Assembly (NCBI GenBank): GCA_963767115.1
Contig: CAVYCR010000012.1
Coordinates: 16,598-80,597, forward strand
Direction of reading: 5' to 3'
Length of the DNA stretch: 64,000 bases
Origin: Candidatus Kaiserbacteria bacterium
Lineage (GTDB): Bacteria > Patescibacteriota > Minisyncoccia > Phycocordibacterales > UBA2100
Under the pieces are notes generated by a model. That model worked only from the letters and a program-made list of their open reading frames with translations. It was not told the DNA's origin and did no database searches. Shown here piece by piece: positions 27,126 to 37,866 of this stretch (position 1 is the stretch's first letter; the number at the start of each line of letters is the position of its first letter). The position numbers were made by a program, and so were the translations under genes.

Positions 27126-27500
27126 CTATGGGTTGGTCGTGCTGGTCGTGATCTGCGAGACGGTCCCGCCTATGATGTTGGCGAGTTCCCACGCGCCGAG
27201 TATGAGGATAGCGCCGATGATCACATACACGAAGTTGTCCCTCGCCTTGGTGATCTGCGCTTCCTTGCCTTGTGCCGTCACGAAGAGAAAACCAGAATAG
27301 ACGATGAAAAGAGTAAGGATTGGGAGCGATATTTCGACGATCGCTTTGAGAAGCGCCGCAATCAGGTCTTGGATAGATGAGACACTGAGGGGGTTTTGGA
27401 GACTGTTGCTCGAGGTCTGCGCATGTGCGCACGCGATCATGAGGGAGAAGACGATTACTCCAAATAACACTGGGGCTGTGCGTCGGATTGTAGTGGTCAT
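27126..27500 (-). CDS. TrbC/VirB2-like pilin paralog 5
   Basis: 124 aa. Signal peptide (…ACAHAQT), then …IVYSGFLFVTAQGKEAQITKARDNFVYVIIGAILILGA…, the same pattern as the gene at 997..1392. Confidence 0.5.
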   Translation of the reverse strand: MTTTIRRTAPVLFGVIVFSLMIACAHAQTSSNSLQNPLSVSSIQDLIAALLKAIVEISLPILTLFIVYSGFLFVTAQGKEAQITKARDNFVYVIIGAILILGAWELANIIGGTVSQITTSTTNP

Positions 27501-27508
27501 ATCGCGTA

Positions 27509-28822
27509 TTAATTTTGACTATTGATAGCCTCCCCTATCTGCCCGTCGGCGCGCGAGACGGCGTTGTTGCCCGAGAGCGCTCCGCTTGCCGTGTCTTCGA
27601 TCATAGCTTGGAAAATACCGGCTGTCGCCTGCGGATCGGGGTCAACCCATGAATACGACATGACGGCGGCCTTGTCGATAAGTACTTGGTTGCCTTGCGT
27701 GATCTCAGCGAGCACGTCGCGTCGGGCCGGAGCCATGCCAAAGGCGAGAGCGAGCGCGCTTGTGTTGGCCTGTGATGCGAGGTCATACGCGACAGCAATT
27801 GCACCCGTGGGGTTCTTGCTCGTGCGCGCGACCGCGAGCGCGTAGACTTCTGATGAGTCGACGGAGACGGAGCTGCTCCTGATCTGCGGCAGAAGCGCCA
27901 CGCCGTAATTGAGGTTGGGGTTCTTCTGCGCGATGATGGATTGCTCGCTTGCGCGTCCGATATAGAGGCCTAAGCTTCCGTCGGCAAAGGCTTGGATACT
28001 CTCAGGAAGCGAACCGTTCCACGTGTATTCCTCGTTCGAAGGGTCGGCGAATTCGATATAGAAATCGAGCGCGGTGAGCGTCGGCGGGGTCGATCCGGAA
28101 AGCGAGCCCCCGTTTGAGGCGATAGCGGAGACAAGCTTACTCTGGTCGTAGCGGGTGATCTGCCCGCCTGCCTGCATGATGAGTGTCGAGAGGATATCCT
28201 TGGCGTGGTCGACGTTGGCGTAGGTACCGAAGTCGATAGCGCTCTTTTTGATATTTCCCGAGTCGTCTTTGACCGTGAGCGCGGTTGTAATGCTCAAGAG
28301 CTGGTCCCAGTATTGCGGAGGCTGCGAAAGGCCCGCGGAGGCAAGCATGTCTTTGTTCCAGTAGAGCATCAGCGGGTCGGCGATGATCGGTATCGCGATC
28401 GCTTGGCCCGCCTGCGAGAAAAAAGGATCGGCCGCCTCGATGAAAGTGTTTTGGAATTGCGAGAGCGAGAGCGAGGTGGACTGTATCGGAGTCGCCTCGC
28501 CGGCGTCGATAATGGTCTCGTCTTGGGTCATCAGGAAAAGATCAGGGCCCTGCCCACTCGCGAGGGCCTTGGCGAGATCTGACTGATAGGTCGAAGGATC
28601 CTTCTGCACGTAGGTCGTCTGCTGGAGCGTCGTATCTCCCGCCTCGGACGCAGTTTGGATCGCTGCCGAGAAGGTGTTGGCGTCAAGTGTACCCCAGATA
28701 ACGACCGGCCCCGTCGAGGAAGACTTACTCGTGTTGGTTGCGATCGCAAATATAATGACCCCGACTACGGCAAATGCGCCGAAGGCCGCGAGAAGAATGA
28801 TCTGAAAGGGGCTGAGTTTCAT
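27509..28822 (-). CDS. ABC-transporter extracellular solute-binding protein (family 1-like), membrane-anchored
   Basis: 437 aa. N-terminal TM anchor then a periplasmic-binding-protein-like sequence (…VVIWGTLD…GPDLFLM…LMLYWNKDML…YWDQL…). No cognate permease or ATPase lies adjacent. Confidence 0.6.
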   Translation of the reverse strand: MKLSPFQIILLAAFGAFAVVGVIIFAIATNTSKSSSTGPVVIWGTLDANTFSAAIQTASEAGDTTLQQTTYVQKDPSTYQSDLAKALASGQGPDLFLMTQDETIIDAGEATPIQSTSLSLSQFQNTFIEAADPFFSQAGQAIAIPIIADPLMLYWNKDMLASAGLSQPPQYWDQLLSITTALTVKDDSGNIKKSAIDFGTYANVDHAKDILSTLIMQAGGQITRYDQSKLVSAIASNGGSLSGSTPPTLTALDFYIEFADPSNEEYTWNGSLPESIQAFADGSLGLYIGRASEQSIIAQKNPNLNYGVALLPQIRSSSVSVDSSEVYALAVARTSKNPTGAIAVAYDLASQANTSALALAFGMAPARRDVLAEITQGNQVLIDKAAVMSYSWVDPDPQATAGIFQAMIEDTASGALSGNNAVSRADGQIGEAINSQN

Positions 28823-28828
28823 AGCTTT

Positions 28829-29413
28829 TTATGCGGGGACTACAGCCGGACGCAGGAGAAGCCCGTAATGATGCGCGCCGGCGGCAAATTCGCCCACCAG
28901 ATCAAACCCCGCCTTGCGCGCGATATCGAATGCCTCGTCTTTCTTGATGACATCAGCCTTCTGCGGCCCCATGCCACCATATGAGTCGCTCCAATCGACG
29001 AGCGCGAGACGGCCCGTGCTCTTCAAGACACGACGAGCTTCAAGGAGTGCTGCGCGCTTGTCAGGCAGCTGGAAGAGTAGATTGGAGACCAGTACAAAGT
29101 CTAAGAGACCATCGGCAATTTTAGAGCCATTGCGCTCCTCGACGTCGCCCCAGATGAATTCAATATGCGAATCGAAACCGCGCGCGTGAGAATCGTTCCT
29201 GATGCGCCGCAGAAGATCCCTTTGGACCTCGATCGCGTACACGCGGCCGCTCTCGCCGACCGCGCGCGCAAGCTCGAGCGTATACGCGCCGCTCCCTGCC
29301 CCGAAGTCCGCCGCTTTCATGCCTTCTTCCACGCCAAGGGCGGCGATATTTTTCGCCGGATCAGCGAAGCCTACTGTCGGCATATGCAAAGTACGGTGCG
29401 AGTGCACATTCAT
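28829..29413 (-). CDS. class I SAM-dependent methyltransferase
   Basis: Start at ATG 29413. Motif I is AADFGAGSGAYTLELA; also …VYAIEVQ… and …DFVLVSNLLFQLPD…. Confidence 0.7.
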   Translation of the reverse strand: MNVHSHRTLHMPTVGFADPAKNIAALGVEEGMKAADFGAGSGAYTLELARAVGESGRVYAIEVQRDLLRRIRNDSHARGFDSHIEFIWGDVEERNGSKIADGLLDFVLVSNLLFQLPDKRAALLEARRVLKSTGRLALVDWSDSYGGMGPQKADVIKKDEAFDIARKAGFDLVGEFAAGAHHYGLLLRPAVVPA

Positions 29414-29547
29414 GCCGTAATTATACCGCGCCGCAAGCATTATTTGTTGCGCTGCTGGGGAGATGTACAGTGTGCGGAAACCCAAGCACAAAAGACGACG
29501 TGAAAACGCCTTCGAAAAATCTCGCGGGCATCATCTTTGTTTTGAAT

Positions 29548-30334
29548 ATAGTGATGTCGGACATCGCTATTTATTGTATTTGGAATTGGATGATACAATA
29601 GTGTGTAATGGGGGTCGGGGTCTACCATGCTCTGAATCGCGGCGTCGACAAACGTCAGACTTTTATGTGTGAAATAGATTATGTGCGTTTCGTGCATGAT
29701 CTCTACGAATTTAACGACGTACATCCAGCAACAAACACATGGTATGAATTCAAAAATAGTGATGTCCGACATCCCTATATCGTGCGCGAACGGCAACCCA
29801 TCGTGCAGATTCATGCGTGGTCGCTTATGGAAAACCACTACCACTTGCTCCTCTCAGAAATCCGCGAAGGTGGCATTACGTCATTCTTACGAAAAATTAA
29901 TACCGGGTATACGAATTATTTCAATGACAAATACGAACGAAGCGGCGTATTGTTCCAAGGCAAGACGAAGAAGATTCTCATCCATGAGGAAGCTCATTTC
30001 TTACATATGCCGCATTACATACACTTGAATCCGCTCGATTATCTGGAAGGCGCAAGCGATTGGCGCTCATATGCCCTAGAAGACCCAGTTGCCGCGCTCG
30101 AGTATCTTTCTACCTATCGTTGGAGCAGCTATCTCGATTACTGCAACATGGATAATTTTCCTTCTATCATAGAGAAGGGTCTGTATTCGGATATATTTCC
30201 AGACTACGCCCCAACGATCAAATCCTACTTACAATCTTTAGATAGACCTTCAATCGATCTCGAACCAGTGACTTTGGAATAAAAATCAATACTATGGCTT
30301 ATTTCTTATATATTAGTGATGTCCGACATCACTA
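29548..30334 (+). mobile_element. RAYT/IS200-like Y1-transposase cassette 1 with flanking REP-type hairpins
   Basis: Hairpins ATAGTGATGTCgGACATCGCTAT (29548-29570) and TAGTGATGTCcGACATCACTA (30314-30334) flank the transposase in opposite polarity. A third copy (29756-29778) lies inside the CDS. Confidence 0.65.
29608..30282 (+). CDS. HUH/Y1 tyrosine transposase (REP-associated, IS200-like fold)
   Basis: 224 aa. YHALNRGVDKRQTF…, HUH motif MENHYHLLL, and catalytic-Tyr helix HMPHYIHLNP. Confidence 0.7.
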   Translation: MGVGVYHALNRGVDKRQTFMCEIDYVRFVHDLYEFNDVHPATNTWYEFKNSDVRHPYIVRERQPIVQIHAWSLMENHYHLLLSEIREGGITSFLRKINTGYTNYFNDKYERSGVLFQGKTKKILIHEEAHFLHMPHYIHLNPLDYLEGASDWRSYALEDPVAALEYLSTYRWSSYLDYCNMDNFPSIIEKGLYSDIFPDYAPTIKSYLQSLDRPSIDLEPVTLE

Positions 30335-30344
30335 TTTTTGATCA

Positions 30345-32856
<2,512 letters not shown>

Positions 32857-32899
32857 ACGTTGTTGACTTCATTATAGCAAAAACTGTTTCTTTGTGCAC

Positions 32900-33017
32900 G
32901 GCCACATACGAAAAGGGCCTGTTTTGCCGTCGCTATCTGGCCTTGCTAGGCCAGCGCTCGGACTCGGCCCCGCCGGGCCTGCGTAGACGGCAAAACAGGC
33001 CCTTTTCGTATGTGGCC
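32900..33017. repeat. long inverted-repeat element upstream of gyrA (perfect 32-bp arms)
   Basis: GGCCACATACGAAAAGGGCCTGTTTTGCCGTC (32900-32931) and its exact complement (32986-33017). The 54-nt core is about 80% identical to the reverse complement of the core of the element at 41228-41347. Confidence 0.85.
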
Positions 33018-33037
33018 GCCGCGAAGACTCGCGAGCA

Positions 33038-33322
33038 TTATTGCGAACCAACCTCCATCACCTGCAGCTGCTGTGCGGTATCCAAGTCATATGATGTGCT
33101 CGAGGCTTTCTCTGCCGCTTCTTCGGCCGCGGCGGCTTGCTGTGCACGCGCATCGGCGGCTGCAGTCTGCGCCTGCACGGTCTGGTCGAGATTGGTAAAG
33201 AAAAAAACGACCGAGACAAAGGTGAGCACGCCGACGACGCCGAGAGACACCATCGCAGCTATCGCACGCCGCTCGTGGTGGGGACGGCTGCGCAGATTTT
33301 CCAGATGCCTCTGAAGAGCCAT
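33038..33322 (-). CDS. small single-pass membrane protein (hypothetical)
   Basis: 94 aa. Basic N-terminus, one TM helix (AIAAMVSLGVVGVLTFVSVVFFF) and an Ala/Gln-rich tail. Confidence 0.4.
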   Translation of the reverse strand: MALQRHLENLRSRPHHERRAIAAMVSLGVVGVLTFVSVVFFFTNLDQTVQAQTAAADARAQQAAAAEEAAEKASSTSYDLDTAQQLQVMEVGSQ

Positions 33323-33334
33323 ACCACTATTGTA

Positions 33335-33955
33335 TCAGTTCGAAAGCACGACCACTTCGTTTTCCTTGTCGGCCACATCACGCGCCTTGAGCGTGAGCTT
33401 GTCGACTGGCACCACGGCTTCAGAAGCAGCCTCCTTGAGAAACGTCTTGAGCGATTTGTCGTCGTAGAGTATCGGGATCACGACCTTGGCCTCGAGCTTC
33501 ACCGCGAGCTTCTGAGCTTCTGAAGGATTGAGCGTACCCTCGCCGCCAACCGGAATGATGAGGATGTCCGGCGCATCCATCTCCAAGACTTCGGCAGGCA
33601 GGTCGAGATCGCCGAGCGCGCCGAGGTAGAGCACCGAGAGCCCGTCGAAGTGCACGGAGTACACAGTGTTGATCCGTCCGGCACCGCCGTACATCGAGCC
33701 CGAAGGAAAACCTGCGACCGTGATTTCCTTTACTTCGTATTCACCCGGGCCGGAGATCACGAAAGGTTGACGCTCTCCGCGAGCTGCTTCATCAGCACCG
33801 TTCATGTCGGGATGGTTGAGTGAGATGAAAGCGACGTCGGCGCCGAAGTTCACTGCCTTGAAACTCTTAGAGGCCTTTGAGACAGGGCCGAAAACAAGCG
33901 TCGTATCCCCTGCCGTAGCCTTCACGCACGCGCCTTCATGGAATGTCAGTATCAT
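33335..33955 (-). CDS. MBL-fold metal-dependent hydrolase (UPF0173-like)
   Basis: Start at ATG 33955 (MILTFHEGACVK…). …DVAFISLNHPDMNG…YLGALGD…ILIIPVGGEGTLNPSEA… The longer 383-aa ORF upstream is unsupported. Confidence 0.65.
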   Translation of the reverse strand: MILTFHEGACVKATAGDTTLVFGPVSKASKSFKAVNFGADVAFISLNHPDMNGADEAARGERQPFVISGPGEYEVKEITVAGFPSGSMYGGAGRINTVYSVHFDGLSVLYLGALGDLDLPAEVLEMDAPDILIIPVGGEGTLNPSEAQKLAVKLEAKVVIPILYDDKSLKTFLKEAASEAVVPVDKLTLKARDVADKENEVVVLSN

Positions 33956-34366
33956 GAGCGACAGTATAGCAGAAGAGGCCTCAAATACGCCATCTTTGGG
34001 CGATATCCACAGCCTGCTTGACAAATATTCATGAGGGTATATAACGCCACCACTCGAAATAGTTCGAGAATATTGAGGAGTCGGAAATGACGAAATCAGA
34101 AAAAGAAGCTCTTTCCCTTGAATTGGCCCCAACATCATCGCGCGGGACGGCGCCCAGTGCGCAAATGCAGACCTCGACGGTCGACGGCGGCGGTACCCAG
34201 AACGATCCCGCGGCGCGCCTGTTTCGTCGGCACGTGTCCGGCCTGATCGCTGCGCGCCGGCCCCTCTCTTCGGAGAGGGGTTTCTTTTTGTATATGCAAT
34301 CAAGTGATTCAAGTGATTAAAATAAGAGTAGTCAGGGACGGGGTATTTTTCATGAACAGATCTGCA

Positions 34367-34395
34367 TTGCAATTCATGCTCTTTTGCGTTACACT
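34367..34395 (+). promoter_or_regulatory. candidate sigma70-like promoter for rpsA (TTGCAA-17 nt-TACACT)
   Basis: TTGCAA at 34367-34372 and TACACT at 34390-34395, about 100 nt upstream of the rpsA start. Confidence 0.35.
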
Positions 34396-34491
34396 CTCCG
34401 AGCTCATTATTAATTGAGCGTGACAGGCTAACCCTGCTTCCCTTCCCGGCCCGGTTGCATGCGAAGCAAAACCTGAAACGCCCCAACTACA

Positions 34492-35622
34492 ATGACAGAC
34501 GAAACAAAGGCTCCCGAAATGGAGCTCGATAACGAGACAGTGGTCTCGTCAGACATTACTACCAAGGAAGGCCCGATGGCCGAACTCCTCAAGAACGCTG
34601 GCAAGCCGCCTGCGCTCGACGACGTGGTCGAAGGACCGGTCGTTGCTGTGGGCCGCGCGCGCGTCTTCATCGACCTGCATCCGTACGGCACCGGCATCAT
34701 CTACGGCCGCGAATACCTCTCGGCGCGCGAGACGTTGAAAAATGTAAACATCGGCGACGTCGTGACGGCGAAGGTCGTCGGCACCGACAACGCCGAAGGC
34801 TACGTCGAGCTCTCGCTGCGCGAGGCGCGCCAAGCCCTGATGTGGAGCGAAGCGGAAGTCGGCACTGCAGAAGAAGACTGTCTTCGAACTCGAGATCAGC
34901 GACGCCAACAAGGGCGGACTCATCATCAACTGGAACGGCATCCAAGGATTCTTGCCGGCATCGCAACTCGGCACAGCGCACTATCCGCGCGTCGCTGACG
35001 GCGACAAGGACAAGATCTTCGTCGAGCTCAAGCGCATGATCGGCACCAAGATCGAGGTCATGATCATCACCGCGAATCCCGAAGGAGCAGAAGCTGATCT
35101 TCAGCGAGAAGGGCGCGGCCCCGACCGAGCGCGGATCGCTCGTGGAGAAATACCATGTCGGCGATACGATCGACGGCATCGTCACCGGCGCGACGGAGTT
35201 CGGCGTCTTCGTGAAGCTCGAGGAAGGCCTCGAGGGCTTGGTGCACATCTCGGAGATGGACTGGGCGCTCGTCGAAAACCCGAAGACCCGCTACAAAGGC
35301 GGCGACGCGGTGAAGGTCAAGGTCATCGAGATCAAGGACGACAAGATCTCACTCTCGATCAAGGCGCTCTTGGAAGATCCGTGGAAATCCGCTGCCGCGA
35401 AGTACAAGAAGGACCAGCGCGTCGAGGCAGTCGTCATCAAGTACAACAAGCACGGCGCACTCGCCTCTATCGAGGAAGGTGTCGCGGGCTTGGTGCACAT
35501 CTCGGAGTTCGGCAAGCGAAGACGAGCTGCGCGCGAAGCTCGAGCTCGGCAAGGTGTATCCGTTCACGATCACCTTCTTCGAGCCGAAAGAACGCCGCAT
35601 GACTCTCAAACCCATCGCCTGA
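34492..35622 (+). pseudogene. rpsA: 30S ribosomal protein S1 (short, multi-S1-domain) with three apparent frameshifts
   Basis: S1-domain segments lie in three frames. Segments: …GPVVAVGRARVFIDL…; …LIINWNGIQGFLPASQLG…; …GDTIDGIVTGATEFGVFVKLEEGLEGLVHISEM…GVAGLVHISEFG; the tail …ELGKVYPFTITFFEPKERRMTLKPIA ends at TGA 35620-35622. Breaks are near 34860, 35090 and 35517. Net length is a multiple of 3. Confidence 0.85.
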
Positions 35623-36421
35623 GGTTAAACCTCGACAAATATAAGCCACATTTCCACCCGTCGAGGTTAAACCTCGACGGGTTTTGGCTTTTTGCGGTAT
35701 ACTATTTACATGGCGCGAGGGGTCACGCTAGCTCAGGGAGAGTTTTATCATATTTACAACCGCGGAACTGACAGGCGGCGAGTCTTTGAAACACATCATG
35801 ATTACGATCGTTTTTTAGCGCTTCTTTTCATTTGCAATCAGGCGCATCCGATTCAGAATCAAATTCGCGAACTGACATCAGATATATTTATTCTCGCAAG
35901 AAACACGGACACTATTGTTGATATAACCGCGTATTGTTTGATGCCCAATCATTTTCATATTGTAGTCAGGGAAAAGACGGACGGAGGTATTAGCAAATTC
36001 ATGCAAAAGGTCACGACCGGCTATACCATGTACTTCAATAAGAAATACGAGCGCACTGGAAGCTTGTTCGAGGGCACCTTCAAAGCACAACACGCGGCCG
36101 ACGACGAATATCTAAGGTACCTGCTCACCTATGTTCATTTGAATCCAGTAAAACTTTGGGATCCAGACTGGAAAACAAACGGGATTAGAGACCTAGTCAA
36201 GACCATGCAGGATTTGGACGAGTACAAATACTCGAGTTACAAGGAATACGTTGGGAAGTTTCGTCCTGAGAGTTCCATATTAAATAGGACTGTTCTGCCC
36301 GAATACTTTAATTTACCAAGAGATTTCAAGTCCGAGCTTATGGATTGGCTTACAATCCGAGGTTAAACCTCGACAACGTTAAGCCATTTTTTGGCATTTG
36401 AGGTTTAACCTCGACAAATAT
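35621..36421 (+). mobile_element. RAYT/IS200-like Y1-transposase cassette 2, bounded by 22-bp direct repeats and paired REP palindromes
   Basis: GAGGTTAAACCTCGACAAATAT (35621-35642) and GAGGTTTAACCTCGACAAATAT (36400-36421) bound the cassette. Further GAGGTTAAACCTCGAC copies lie at 35660-35678 and 36359-36374. The cassette sits exactly between the rpsA stop and the pth stop. Confidence 0.7.
35710..36366 (+). CDS. HUH/Y1 tyrosine transposase (REP-associated, IS200-like fold), paralog 2
   Basis: Start at ATG 35710 (MARGVTLAQGEFYHIYNRGTDRRRVF…). HUH motif MPNHFHIVV; Tyr helix YLLTYVHLNP. The stop codon lies inside a REP copy. Confidence 0.7.
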   Translation: MARGVTLAQGEFYHIYNRGTDRRRVFETHHDYDRFLALLFICNQAHPIQNQIRELTSDIFILARNTDTIVDITAYCLMPNHFHIVVREKTDGGISKFMQKVTTGYTMYFNKKYERTGSLFEGTFKAQHAADDEYLRYLLTYVHLNPVKLWDPDWKTNGIRDLVKTMQDLDEYKYSSYKEYVGKFRPESSILNRTVLPEYFNLPRDFKSELMDWLTIRG

Positions 36422-37012
36422 TCAATTAAACGCATTCATCGCGATCTGCGGACCTTTGGTGACGATCAACCCGATCGCTTCGCCCGCTTTTTTGAAGACT
36501 TTTTTCAATTCATCGCCCTCGGAGACTTTGAAGCGCGCGAGAATGAATTCCGCCACCTCATCTTCGCCCTTGGGCTTCTTGAGCGTGCCAGCAGGTGTCG
36601 ACGGCGAGATGCCGATGCGCACGCGGGTAAACTTTTTTGTCTTCAAGGCGGTCATGATCGACTCGACACCCTTGTGTCCCCCACTTCCACGGTCAAACGA
36701 GAGCTTGAACGTGCCTACAGAGAGGTCGAGATCGTCATACACGACGATCAGGCGTTCTGCGGCCTTGACTGACTTCACATATTTGCCTACCGCAGCGCCC
36801 GATTTGTTCATAAAGGTGTCGGGCAAGACGAGAGCTGCAAGAGTTTTGTCGATTGCGCCCTTCGCGACTGTCGCTTTTGCATTTTTGTCTTCCTTCCAAT
36901 CACTGAAGTTATGACTTCTTGCAAAATGTTCGAGCATCATGCGACCCGTGTTGTGCCGCGTGCCCACGTATTCCTCTCCAGGATTCCCGAGACCGACGAT
37001 TACCCATGTCAT
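36422..37012 (-). CDS. pth: peptidyl-tRNA hydrolase
   Basis: Start at ATG 37012 (MTWVIVGLGNPGEEYVGTRHNTGRMM…). Also …LPDTFMNKSG… and …DDLDLSVGTFKL…GGHKG…. Confidence 0.9.
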   Translation of the reverse strand: MTWVIVGLGNPGEEYVGTRHNTGRMMLEHFARSHNFSDWKEDKNAKATVAKGAIDKTLAALVLPDTFMNKSGAAVGKYVKSVKAAERLIVVYDDLDLSVGTFKLSFDRGSGGHKGVESIMTALKTKKFTRVRIGISPSTPAGTLKKPKGEDEVAEFILARFKVSEGDELKKVFKKAGEAIGLIVTKGPQIAMNAFN

Positions 37013-37167
37013 ATGCAAACATACTACCTCAAATTTCAAATCTCAAAACTAGTTGTACGCAGTTTTGAATTTTATTTTTGAGATTTGAGATTTAAATTTT
37101 GAGATTTTACGGTGGAACACCGCAAATGCTTTGCGTCAACGGCATCGTTGATATACAATGCGCGCAC

Positions 37168-37830
37168 ATGAATGACTCTGAGATGCACAGTGATTCATCA
37201 TCGGATGCTCTTGAAGCTCATTCTTCTCTCGCTCAAACTAAACGTGCTACTGCACAAGAAAAAATTCCCGCCAAGCAATCCGACCGCACACTTTTTGCTT
37301 CAGTCGCCGTCGCACTCGCGCTCGCATTCCTGATTCGCTTCTTCGTCGCGGCGCCCTACGTCGTCTCCGGCACTTCGATGGAGCCAAATTTCCAAAATTG
37401 GAATTATTTGATCGTCGATCGGCTCACGTATGACTTCATCGGCCCCGCGCGCGGCGACGTGATAGTACTCGACCTTCCGCAAGACACGAGCCGCGCCTTG
37501 ATCAAGCGTGTCATCGGGCTCCCAGGCGACACAGTCGTGCTCTCGGGCACCGATCCGACTGTCACGATCTACAACAAAGCGCATCCACAGGGCTTCACGC
37601 TCAACGAGCCGTATATTTCTCCCGCAAATTATGGCGGCACCACCAATACGAGCTATACGCTCGGACCAAACCAGTACTTCGTGCTCGGCGACAACCGCGT
37701 CGTCTCTGCCGACTCGCGCATCTGGGGCATCTTGCCGCGCTCCGACATCGTCGGCCGCGTCCTGTTGCGCCTCTATCCCTTCAACGAGATCTCGATCCTT
37801 CCGGAGGAAGCGCGTTACTCAGACGATTAA
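37168..37830 (+). CDS. lepB: signal peptidase I
   Basis: Start chosen at ATG 37168. TM helix, catalytic Ser box VSGTSMEPN, …RGDVIV…IKRVIGLPGD…, and box E FVLGDNRVVSADSR. Confidence 0.8.
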   Translation: MNDSEMHSDSSSDALEAHSSLAQTKRATAQEKIPAKQSDRTLFASVAVALALAFLIRFFVAAPYVVSGTSMEPNFQNWNYLIVDRLTYDFIGPARGDVIVLDLPQDTSRALIKRVIGLPGDTVVLSGTDPTVTIYNKAHPQGFTLNEPYISPANYGGTTNTSYTLGPNQYFVLGDNRVVSADSRIWGILPRSDIVGRVLLRLYPFNEISILPEEARYSDD

Positions 37831-37866
37831 ACTTCTCGTACGTTTATCAATATAAGTATTGAAGCG

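Noticed and set aside
34428-34974. Minus-strand ORFs overlapping the rpsA 5' region
   Set aside because: They are antisense to clear S1-domain coding sequence and have no independent support.
37031-37110. AT-rich inverted and tandem GAGATTT repeats between pth and lepB
   Set aside because: They are short (13-bp arms), low-complexity and lie in a divergent promoter region. They are not convincingly related to the long-arm element family.
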